Shown one piece after another: positions 26,010-34,403 of a DNA stretch of 48,812 nt. The translations under genes were made by a program, and so were the position numbers. This DNA is from Bifidobacterium breve (lineage in GTDB: Bacteria > Acidobacteriota > Vicinamibacteria > Vicinamibacterales > CAVVIG01). Every line of letters starts with the position of its first letter. The first letter of the stretch is position 1. The stretch spans positions 1 to 48,812 of the forward strand of contig CALQBJ020000002.1 of the NCBI GenBank assembly GCA_943328785.2, read 5' to 3'. Under the pieces are notes generated by a model, which was given only the letters and a program-made list of their open reading frames with translations, was not told the origin of the DNA and did not search any database.

Positions 26010-26558
26010 TCCTGCAGTCGCTGTGCATGCAGCGAGTCGAGCAGTGAGAAGAATCGCGGCACCACCAGCTCTTCGTGAAAGGTGGCCGCACGATCAAGCG
26101 CCACGCCGGCCCGCATGGCGGCCCGCACCGGCTGTTCAATCACCTGACGCACCGCGGCGGCGAAGGCTGCCTCGTTCGTCATGAGCGTGTCCGTCATGTC
26201 CAGCAGGAGACCGAGATTCTTCTCGCGCGACAACCGGCCCACGTACACCAGCAGGCGCGTGCGTGTGTCCCCATCCGTCAGTTCGATCAGCGACTGACGC
26301 GTCTCACCGCCAGGCAGCCGCCTGAACGCCTCGGCAGACAACCCGGGCGGGCAGACGTGCACCACGTGCTGACGGTTCTCAGGCAGCACCGCCCGCAGTT
26401 CGTCCGCGGTGTCGTGCGAGTTCGCCACGTGGTAGTCGAAGAGCGGCGCGTAGACCGGTCGCCTGAACCAGCGTGCGGTAGACCGAACGCACGTCGCCAG
26501 ACGTCGGATGCCAGGCGTTGGTGAGGTGCAGCGTCTTGAGTGGACGTTGTGGTGTCAT
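25943..26558 (-). pseudogene. Decayed GT4 glycosyltransferase remnant (frameshifted, internally deleted)
   Basis: The N-terminus MTPQRPLKTLHLTNAWHPTSG is in one frame (26558 down to about 26480). It continues in another frame as RPVYAPLFDYHVANSHDTADE...LLVYVGRLSREKNLGLL. The E-x7-E catalytic block is missing, total length is roughly half of a GT4, and the 3' end overlaps the intact GT4 gene by 67 nt. Confidence 0.55.
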
Positions 26559-26620
26559 GACAGTCCCGTCGCCGCCGCGTCGCCACGGCACGGCCGTGAG
26601 GACGCGGCGGGCACGGGTGC

Positions 26621-29464
26621 CTAGAAGCCGATGCGGGCGCCGAGCTGGAGCTGGCGCGGACCCCCGAAGCGGGCGGTCGACGGGGCGAACAGCGGGGTGC
26701 CGGCGGTGGCCACCGGCGCGGCCGCAGTCCCGTAAACGCTGATGGCGTCGTTGCCGAAGGTCCGGTTGGCCGCGCGGGTGGCGTTGAAGAGTTCGGCCAT
26801 CACATCGACCCTGGCACGACCGACGCGAAGCGTCTTCATCAGGCGGAGGTCGAGGTTGAAGAACGACGGCTGCCTGAAGGCATTGCGGTCCGAGACGCGC
26901 CCGTTGATGATCGCGCGGTCGTTGTCGTCGTTGGCGTCACCCTGCTGGTCGCTGCCAATCACCGCGGTGTAGGGCATACCCGAACGCGCGATCATGACCG
27001 CGCCGATCGTCCAGCCGCCCTTCACGTCGAGCACGGTGGAGACGTTGACGTTGTGCCGCACATCCTGCTTCGACCAGGTGTACTCGGAGCCAGGGTCGAA
27101 GACGTTGAGCGTCGTCTCGCGGCTGAAGTTGCGCTCGTTCGAGTCGTCGTCCTTGTTCGACGCCAGCGTGTAGTTGACCTGCGTGAAGAGCCGGCCGGCG
27201 CGCTCGGAGAGCGTCAGGACGAGCGCATGGTAGTCGGAGCGAGCTGTCGACTCGTTCACTTCGATCTGTGCGAACCGGGTGTCGGGCCGTACCCGGGAAT
27301 AGATCGGCGTGCCGGCCGCGTCATAAGTCGGTGGGAAGAGGTTCCGGTCGAGCCGGCGCTGCAGGTTGGTCGTCTTGGCCAGGATGTAGCTGGCCGAGAC
27401 CGTAGTCGAGGCGCCGAGTTGCTGTTCGAGCGCCGCCGACCCCTGGAACGTGCGCGGGTTCGTGAACGCCGGATCGAACCCGAACACGCGCTGCGCCGGA
27501 ATGGTGATCGCGCCGGGCAGCAGCGTCAGCGCCTGCCCGCTCTGCACCAGCGTGAGGATGCTGGCATCGGTGCGGCTGTCGACCGAGACGGCCGTGAAGC
27601 CGTTGTCGGTGAAGACGCGCTGGAACAGGTTGGCCGGCGTGCGGGCGTCGTACAGGCCGCCCGACAACCGGACGACCGAGCGATTGCCACCGTTGACGTT
27701 CCAGGCCAGACCGGCGCGCGGCTGCCACATCGCCAGGTCGTTGGGGATGCGCTGCGTGTAGGACAACGCTGGATTGGGCCGCGTCGGCTGCGGGTTCCAC
27801 TGGCCATCCCAGCGGAGCCCGAGATTCAGGGTGACGTCGCCGAGCGCGATCCGGTCCTGCACGTAGAGGCCCGCTTCCTTCTGCGTCGCCGAGTAGACGA
27901 GGTCGGCCGGATCGAAGCCGGCCACCGTCTGGCGGTAGCGGCTGATGCGTCCCGCCAGGTAGTTGGCGAGCGACGTGTAGTCGAAGCGGCCGAGGGTGTT
28001 CGACTCACGCTGCTGCTCCGAGGGCGTGATGTTCAGGTCGATACCGGCGCGGAGTTGGTGCGCACCGCGCGCCATCGTGAGGTTGTCCGACAGCTGGTAG
28101 CGGGTGTTGTTGAAGACGCGCGGCCGGCCGGTGTCGCCGCCGAGCGTGCCGAATCCGGTGATGGCAATCTGCGGCACATCGGCGTTCGGCGCCTCGTCGC
28201 GGTTGTCCGTGGCCCACTGACCGCGGAGTTCGTTCACCGCCGTGGCGCCGAGGACCGACTGCCAGCTCGCCTTCACGCTGTGGCTCCGGTTCCTGCGCGT
28301 ATAGTTCGCGCTCTCGGCAACATCCTGCTGCGGCGAGTCGAAGTTGAAGTTGGTCCCGCTCAGCCGGCTGGCGGTGACCTGCACGTTCAGGGTCTGACCT
28401 GGCGCAACGTTCACGTCCGAACGGCCGAAGAACGCCGTCGGGTTGTTGGTGCCGCGCTTCTCGCCCTCGAGCGCCTTCAGCGAGTCGGGCACCACGACAC
28501 CCGCGGCCTGCGGCTGGAACTTCACGACGAAGGGCACACGCAGGTAGTTCTGCTCGATGGCCGCGAAGTAGAACGCCTTGCTCGGGACCAGGGCGCCGCC
28601 GAGTGATCCGCCGAACTGGTTCTGCTGGTTGTTCAGCTTCTGGTCGAACGCGTCTGCCGACGTCAGTGTCCGGTTGCGGTTGAAGTAGAAGAGGTCGCCG
28701 CGCGTCGTGTTGGTGCCGGACTTCGTCACCACGTTCACAAAGCCGGCCGACGTCCGGCCCACTTCGGCGCCGAGGCCGGAGCGCACCACCTGGAATTCAT
28801 TGACCGCCGACTGCGGGAAGAAGAACACGGCCTCGTTCCCGCCGCGCTGGTTGCCCTGCAGCGGGTCGTTGAAGTCGGTGCCGTCGATCGAGACGTTCGA
28901 GTTGATCGACCGCTGACCGGAGATGATCATCCCCGAGCGGTCGGACTCCTGGATGATGGCCGGCGTCAACTGCGCGAACTCGGGGAAGCTCCGTCCTCGA
29001 ATCGGCAGGTCGTCGATCGCCGCCAGCGGGATGTTCGTGCCCGAGGCCTGGCCAGAGAGGTCGAGCACCGGCGCGGCTGCCGATACGGCGACCGACTCGG
29101 CCACTCCGGCCACCGACAACGTCAACGTCAGGCCGGCGGTCTCGCCGACCCGGAGCAGCACCCGCTGCTGATGGGTGGCGAAGCCCGACGCGTCCACCGC
29201 GATCTCGTACTGGCCGACCGGGAGTCCGGACAGCTGGAATCGACCCGAGCCGTCGCTGACGGCGGCACGCTGGAAGCCCGTATCGACGCTGCGAAGTCGC
29301 ACCGGCGCACCGGCGATCGTCCCGCCGTTCGGGTCGAGCACCGTGCCGGCGACGGCGGCGGCGCCGGTCTCGGCCTGCGCGAAGAGCGGAGTGGCGATGG
29401 TGCCTGCCGTGGCGCACGCCAGGAAGACTCCGAGGAAGAGTGGTCGAACAGTCGATCGCGTCAT
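26621..29464 (-). CDS. TonB-dependent receptor with carboxypeptidase-regulatory-like domain (TBDR2)
   Basis: Signal peptide, VAGTVLDPNGGTIAGAPVRL...GSGRFQLSGLPVGQYEI, plug-like LPIRGRSF, and C-terminal LGARIGF. GAGGTG RBS. Confidence 0.9.
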   Translation of the reverse strand: MTRSTVRPLFLGVFLACATAGTIATPLFAQAETGAAAVAGTVLDPNGGTIAGAPVRLRSVDTGFQRAAVSDGSGRFQLSGLPVGQYEIAVDASGFATHQQRVLLRVGETAGLTLTLSVAGVAESVAVSAAAPVLDLSGQASGTNIPLAAIDDLPIRGRSFPEFAQLTPAIIQESDRSGMIISGQRSINSNVSIDGTDFNDPLQGNQRGGNEAVFFFPQSAVNEFQVVRSGLGAEVGRTSAGFVNVVTKSGTNTTRGDLFYFNRNRTLTSADAFDQKLNNQQNQFGGSLGGALVPSKAFYFAAIEQNYLRVPFVVKFQPQAAGVVVPDSLKALEGEKRGTNNPTAFFGRSDVNVAPGQTLNVQVTASRLSGTNFNFDSPQQDVAESANYTRRNRSHSVKASWQSVLGATAVNELRGQWATDNRDEAPNADVPQIAITGFGTLGGDTGRPRVFNNTRYQLSDNLTMARGAHQLRAGIDLNITPSEQQRESNTLGRFDYTSLANYLAGRISRYRQTVAGFDPADLVYSATQKEAGLYVQDRIALGDVTLNLGLRWDGQWNPQPTRPNPALSYTQRIPNDLAMWQPRAGLAWNVNGGNRSVVRLSGGLYDARTPANLFQRVFTDNGFTAVSVDSRTDASILTLVQSGQALTLLPGAITIPAQRVFGFDPAFTNPRTFQGSAALEQQLGASTTVSASYILAKTTNLQRRLDRNLFPPTYDAAGTPIYSRVRPDTRFAQIEVNESTARSDYHALVLTLSERAGRLFTQVNYTLASNKDDDSNERNFSRETTLNVFDPGSEYTWSKQDVRHNVNVSTVLDVKGGWTIGAVMIARSGMPYTAVIGSDQQGDANDDNDRAIINGRVSDRNAFRQPSFFNLDLRLMKTLRVGRARVDVMAELFNATRAANRTFGNDAISVYGTAAAPVATAGTPLFAPSTARFGGPRQLQLGARIGF

Positions 29465-29512
29465 GTCACCTCATTTGCATCGTGTTTGATGCTGACCTGA
29501 CGTTATCTGGCG

Positions 29513-29541
29513 GTTGTAGCGCCGCCGTGTCGACGCTGTAA
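29513..29541 (-). promoter_or_regulatory. Candidate sigma70-like promoter for TBDR2
   Basis: On the minus strand, (CG)TTACAG-N17-TACAAC, about 50 nt upstream of the ATG at 29464. Confidence 0.3.
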
Positions 29542-29913
29542 CGATGGCGTGACGGCCTTCCCCCGTGGTCAGTGCTCCGCGCCGCATCGCGAACACGTTG
29601 AACGACGTCGAGAGGACCGTGAGCGACGCGGACGCCAGGATACTCACCAGCAGTTCCGGTGTGCCGCGCGCGAGGTGCACGACGATCTCGAGTCCGTGCG
29701 ACACCAGCGGCAGGATGACGGTGGCGCTCACACACGCCGACGTCCAGTTCCAGTGCTGCAGCAACTGCAGCGGGTGGGCCCAGCACCGATGCCCACGTCG
29801 TGTCGAGCGAGGGTGGCCGGGACGGCGATTCGCGCAGCCCTCACATGGCCCGTCTTCGTTGCGACCGCGTCGCATCTGCGCAACGGTCCTGCAACTTCGC
29901 GCCAGGCCGGCCA

Positions 29914-29943
29914 CTGTTTACGGCGCTGTGCCGCGGCTGTCGT
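29914..29943 (+). promoter_or_regulatory. Three CTGT-initiated heptamers at 12- and 11-bp spacing; Pho-box-like direct repeats
   Basis: CTGTTTA (29914), CTGTGCC (29926) and CTGTCGT (29937), 47-76 nt upstream of the TBDR3 ATG. Confidence 0.3.
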
Positions 29944-29989
29944 CCTTCCTTCACCAGGTGCCTCTAACGTCTCAGCAGGAGTGAAACTG

Positions 29990-32836
29990 ATGCGTCTGAC
30001 CTTCATGATGTGGTGTGTCTGGCTGTCGCTGCTGGCCGTTCTGGCTCCGGCGAGTGCGCAGACGATTGGTGTGACGACCGGAGCGATCAACGGCCGTGTC
30101 GTCGATGACAGCGGTGCGGTGGTGCCGGGTGTCACCGTGTCGGTGACCGGCGCGGCGCAGATGGGCGCGCGCGCCGGGCTGACCGACGAGCAAGGCGTCT
30201 ACCGCGTGCCTGGGCTGGCGCCTGGCACCTACCGCGTCGCTTACGAACTTGCCGGTTTCGGCAGCACGGCCCGCGAGGGGATCGAGGTGGCCGTTGGCTT
30301 CACCGCGACGGTGAACGTCACCATGGGCGTCGCCTCGATCGAGGAGTCGCTCACGGTGCAGGGCGCCTCGCCCGTTGTGGATGCGATGGCGACCCGCATC
30401 CAGACCAACTACACCGCCGAGCGGCTGGCGTCGCTGCCGAGTTCACGCGATATCTGGTCGATCATGGCCGCGTCCCCGGGGGTCCGACAGGCCGTGGTCG
30501 ATGTCGGCGGCGCCTCGGCGGGCAGCCAGTCGCAGTTCGTCACCTACGGCACCCGTGCCCAGAACCAGCCGATGATCGAAGGCATGCTGATGTCGCAGAT
30601 CGGCTCGGCCGGCGGGTCGGTCACCTTCTACTACGACTACGGTTCGTTCCAGGAAGTCTCGGTGAACGCGGCTGGCAACTCCGCCGACATGGCCATGCCT
30701 GGCGTGCAGTTCCAGTTCATCAGCAAGTCGGGCGGCAACGAGTTCCACGGCACCGCACTGGCGAACTACGAGAACCAGAAGATCCAGTCGACCAACATCG
30801 ACGCGGCCCAGCTCGCGGCTGGCATCAACAGCCGCGAGGACAACCGCCTCTTCCGCTTCTACGATCGCAACGCCGACATCGGCGGCCCGCTGAAGCGCGA
30901 CAAGGTGTGGTGGTATACATCGTTCCGAGACGAGAAGTCGCAGGCCCGCTACGCCAACTTCCCGGTGCAGCCGTTCGAGACCCAGTTGACGAACTACACC
31001 GGCAAACTCACCTACCAGCTGTCGAGCCGGGACAAGCTGATGGCTTACGGGCAGGCCGGCAAGAAGCTGCAGCCGTTCCGCCAGGACACCGGCACGATCG
31101 GCGGCCCGGGCGGCTCGCGCACCTTCGCCTTCTTCGATAGCGCCAATTCGACGGCGAACCAGGACTACATTGGCTGGGTCTGGAAGGGCGAGTACAACCG
31201 CGCCCTCAGCGACTCGGCGTTCGCCGAGATTCGCGCCGGCCGTGTCGGCTACACCTGGAAGACCTCCAACTACACCGACGAAACGCGGCGCGAGGACGCT
31301 GGCAACCTTCGCGTCAGCGGCGGCAACACCCAGTGGCGCGAGGATGTCGCGCGCAACCAGGTGCTCGGCTCGGTGAGCCTGTTCAGGACCGGCTGGCTCG
31401 GCTCGCACAACCTGAAGGCGGGGTTCGAGCTCTACCGCGATACGCAGGAGCGCGACCAGATCGGCTACCAGGGCAACGTGCTCCAGGCCTTCAACAACGG
31501 CGCCCCGACCGAGGTGCGCCTCTACCAGCCGTCGTTCTCCATCAATCGCCTCCTCGCGGGCGGCCTCTATGTCACTGATGGTTGGAATCCCACGGACCGG
31601 CTGAACCTCAACCTCGGCGTCCGCATCGACCACTACCGTTCGTACCTGCCGGCGCAGTCGCGTCCCGCGAGCCAGTTCGCGACGGCGGCCGACTTCGCCG
31701 CGGTCGACGACGTCATGACCTGGAACTTGCCGGCGCCTCGCTTCGGCATCACCTACAAGGTGGACACGGTCGGCAAGACGGTCCTCAAGGCGAACGCGGG
31801 CCGCTACTGGTGGAATCCGGACGTCAACGTCGCCGGGAGCGTGAACCCGAACATCGCCACGGCCTACGAGCGGTATGCCTGGACCGACAGCAACGCCGAC
31901 CGCACCTGGCAGCCTGGGGAGCAGGGGCGACTGATTGCACGAGTCGGCGGTTCCGGCCTGGCGCTCGACCCGAACCTGAAGAACAGCTACACCGACGAAC
32001 TGGCGACGTGGCTCGATCACGAACTGTTCCCGAACACGCAACTGCGCACCGGCCTCGTCTGGCGCGGACAGCGGCAGCTCCGCCAGACGCTGAACATCGC
32101 CCAGCCGTTCGCGGCGTTCAACGTGCCGGTGTCGGTGACTGACCCCGGCCCGGACGGCCGCGCAAACACGGCCGACGACGGATCGGCGCTGACGCTGTTC
32201 AATCTCGATCCGGCGTACCTCGGCAAGGTGAACAATCTCGTGCAGAACGTCGACTCGAAGAACGACTACTACACGTGGGAGATCACGGCGAACCGGCGCA
32301 TGGCCCAGGGCTGGTCGCTCATGGCGACCTACGCGATCACCTGGAACCGCGAGAACCTGGCGTCGCCAGGCGCCGCCGCCAACCCCGTGCGTTCGGCCGA
32401 CGCCGCTGTGAATCCGAACGATCTGGTCAACGCCAGCGACGACGGGCGCTATTCCTACGCGCTGTGGAACGCCAAGGTGCACGCCGTTGTGCCGCTGCCG
32501 TGGCAGTTCCGCCTGTCGCCGATGCTGCGGGCGCAGGCCGGGCAGCCGTTCGGCCGGACCTTCGTGACCGCGCTGAACTACGGCAGCCAGCGTGTGCTGG
32601 CCGAACCCATTGGTTCGCGGCAGCAGGCTCACGTGGTGATTGCGGACGCGCGGATCGAGCGGCTGTTCAAGATTCCCGGTCGCAGCAACCGCCTGAGCGC
32701 GCAGGTCGATGTCTTCAACCTGCTGAACGCCAACCCGGTCGACTTCACGACCTGGAGCTCTGGCTCCAGCTTCCTGCGGCCGACCAGCGTGGTGCCGCCG
32801 CGCATCGTCCGCGTCGCGCTGAAGTTCGACTGGTAA
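29990..32836 (+). CDS. TonB-dependent receptor with carboxypeptidase-regulatory-like domain (TBDR3)
   Basis: Internal ATG at 29990 preceded by AGGAG with an 8-nt spacer. Signal peptide MRLTFMMWCVWLSLLAVLAPASA, INGRVVDDSGAVVPGVTVSV...GVYRVPGLAPGTYRV, and C-terminal ALKFDW. Confidence 0.9.
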   Translation: MRLTFMMWCVWLSLLAVLAPASAQTIGVTTGAINGRVVDDSGAVVPGVTVSVTGAAQMGARAGLTDEQGVYRVPGLAPGTYRVAYELAGFGSTAREGIEVAVGFTATVNVTMGVASIEESLTVQGASPVVDAMATRIQTNYTAERLASLPSSRDIWSIMAASPGVRQAVVDVGGASAGSQSQFVTYGTRAQNQPMIEGMLMSQIGSAGGSVTFYYDYGSFQEVSVNAAGNSADMAMPGVQFQFISKSGGNEFHGTALANYENQKIQSTNIDAAQLAAGINSREDNRLFRFYDRNADIGGPLKRDKVWWYTSFRDEKSQARYANFPVQPFETQLTNYTGKLTYQLSSRDKLMAYGQAGKKLQPFRQDTGTIGGPGGSRTFAFFDSANSTANQDYIGWVWKGEYNRALSDSAFAEIRAGRVGYTWKTSNYTDETRREDAGNLRVSGGNTQWREDVARNQVLGSVSLFRTGWLGSHNLKAGFELYRDTQERDQIGYQGNVLQAFNNGAPTEVRLYQPSFSINRLLAGGLYVTDGWNPTDRLNLNLGVRIDHYRSYLPAQSRPASQFATAADFAAVDDVMTWNLPAPRFGITYKVDTVGKTVLKANAGRYWWNPDVNVAGSVNPNIATAYERYAWTDSNADRTWQPGEQGRLIARVGGSGLALDPNLKNSYTDELATWLDHELFPNTQLRTGLVWRGQRQLRQTLNIAQPFAAFNVPVSVTDPGPDGRANTADDGSALTLFNLDPAYLGKVNNLVQNVDSKNDYYTWEITANRRMAQGWSLMATYAITWNRENLASPGAAANPVRSADAAVNPNDLVNASDDGRYSYALWNAKVHAVVPLPWQFRLSPMLRAQAGQPFGRTFVTALNYGSQRVLAEPIGSRQQAHVVIADARIERLFKIPGRSNRLSAQVDVFNLLNANPVDFTTWSSGSSFLRPTSVVPPRIVRVALKFDW

Positions 32837-32840
32837 GCCC

Positions 32841-34403
32841 ATGCGTCATACGGCACACTGCATCATGCGAACGAGTCGTTTGTGGTCGGTCATTACGGCC
32901 AGTCTGTGCACGGTGGCGCTCCTCGGTGTCGGGTCCCTGCGCGGCGGCGCGCAGGGGCCCAACGCCCAGTTGCTGCTGGTGGTCGACGGACTCCGGCCTG
33001 ACTACGTCACCGCGGACGTCATGCCGCGGTTGCTGGCTCTCGGCCGCCGCGGCGTCATCTTCGAGGAGAACCACTCGGTCTTCCCGACCGTCACGCGCGT
33101 GAACGCCTCGTCCATCTCCACCGGCGCCTACCCCGAAACGCACGGGTTGCTCGGCAACACCGTCTACTCGGAACGTGCCTTTCCGAACCGCGGCATCAAC
33201 ACCGCCGACTGGAAGGACCTGGCCGCCATGGAGAAGGCCGAGGGCGTGCTGTTGACCGCGCCGACCCTGGGCGAGGCGCTCGAGACTGCCGGAAAACGTT
33301 TCGACGTGTTCAGCGCCGGCTCGAGCGGCTCGGCCATGCTGCTGAATCCTCCGCTGCACGGCGGCACGGTCGTCAACGCCGACTACATCAGGCCCGAGTC
33401 GATTGCCGCACGGGTGACCGAGCGCATCGGCCCGGGGCCCGCGGAGGCCGTGCCCAATGGGGCACGTAACACGTGGGCGGTTGATGGCTATCTGCAGTTC
33501 GGCCTGGGAGAGTTCAAGTCGGACGTCGCGGCGATCTGGTTCGGCGACCCGGATGCCACCGCGCACCAGACCGGCGTTGGCTCGGCTACGACGCGCCGCG
33601 CGCTGCAATTGGTGGACGAGCAGATCGGACGCATCGAGGACGCGCTGCGCGCGCAGGGCCGACTCGATCGCACCAACATCATCGTCACGTCGGACCACGG
33701 GTTCTCGACGCACACCGGCGAACTGAAGCTGGCGCAGTTGGTGGCGCCGTTTGCCGAGACCATGCCCGACGGCACACCTGACATCGTGGTGACGGAAGGG
33801 GCCATCAACCTGCGCGGCCGCAAGGACGCCGCACGGATCGGCGCCATCGTGGCGGCGCTGCAACGGCGGCCGGAAGTGGGCGCCATCTTCACGCGGCCAC
33901 GCGCGCTGGGCTCCAATGACGGCATAGTGCCGGGTACGCTCGCGTTGACGCTGGCGCGCGGGGCGCACGCACGAGCGGGGGAGATCCTGGTGTCGGCCAA
34001 CTGGAGCGACGACAAGAACGACGCCGGTTTCCCCGGGAAGACCGCGCAGGGCGGTGTCGCCGGTCACGGCACGTCGAGCCGCTGGGATGTGCACAACACC
34101 CTGCTGGCGGCCGGTCCCGACTTCCGCGAGCGGACCACCACCGCGGTGCCGGCATCGAACGTCGACCTGGCGCCGACCATCCTGCGACTGCTCGGCGTCG
34201 GCGTGCCAGCGACGATGACCGGCCGTGTGCTCGACGAAGCGTTCCGGAGCGGGCCGTCACCCGCGTCGGTGGCGGTGACGACGCGCGACGTGCGGTCGGG
34301 GGTGGCGAATGGATATGAAGTGACGGCGCGGATCTCGACCGTGGCCGGGCGCGACTATCTCGACTACACCCGCGTCACCCGAACCACCGACGCTCAGCGC
34401 TGA
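32841..34403 (+). CDS. Nucleotide pyrophosphatase/phosphodiesterase (NPP, alkaline-phosphatase superfamily), secreted
   Basis: LLLVVDGLRPDYV, FPTVTRVNASSISTGAYPETHG, DPDATAH, VTSDHG and GHGTSS are typical of type I phosphodiesterase/NPP. It starts 4 nt after the TBDR3 stop; an alternative ATG is at 32865. Confidence 0.88.
   Translation: MRHTAHCIMRTSRLWSVITASLCTVALLGVGSLRGGAQGPNAQLLLVVDGLRPDYVTADVMPRLLALGRRGVIFEENHSVFPTVTRVNASSISTGAYPETHGLLGNTVYSERAFPNRGINTADWKDLAAMEKAEGVLLTAPTLGEALETAGKRFDVFSAGSSGSAMLLNPPLHGGTVVNADYIRPESIAARVTERIGPGPAEAVPNGARNTWAVDGYLQFGLGEFKSDVAAIWFGDPDATAHQTGVGSATTRRALQLVDEQIGRIEDALRAQGRLDRTNIIVTSDHGFSTHTGELKLAQLVAPFAETMPDGTPDIVVTEGAINLRGRKDAARIGAIVAALQRRPEVGAIFTRPRALGSNDGIVPGTLALTLARGAHARAGEILVSANWSDDKNDAGFPGKTAQGGVAGHGTSSRWDVHNTLLAAGPDFRERTTTAVPASNVDLAPTILRLLGVGVPATMTGRVLDEAFRSGPSPASVAVTTRDVRSGVANGYEVTARISTVAGRDYLDYTRVTRTTDAQR

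Noticed and set aside
30443-32842. 799-aa minus-strand ORF across TBDR3
   Set aside because: It is an antisense shadow of a well-supported TonB receptor.
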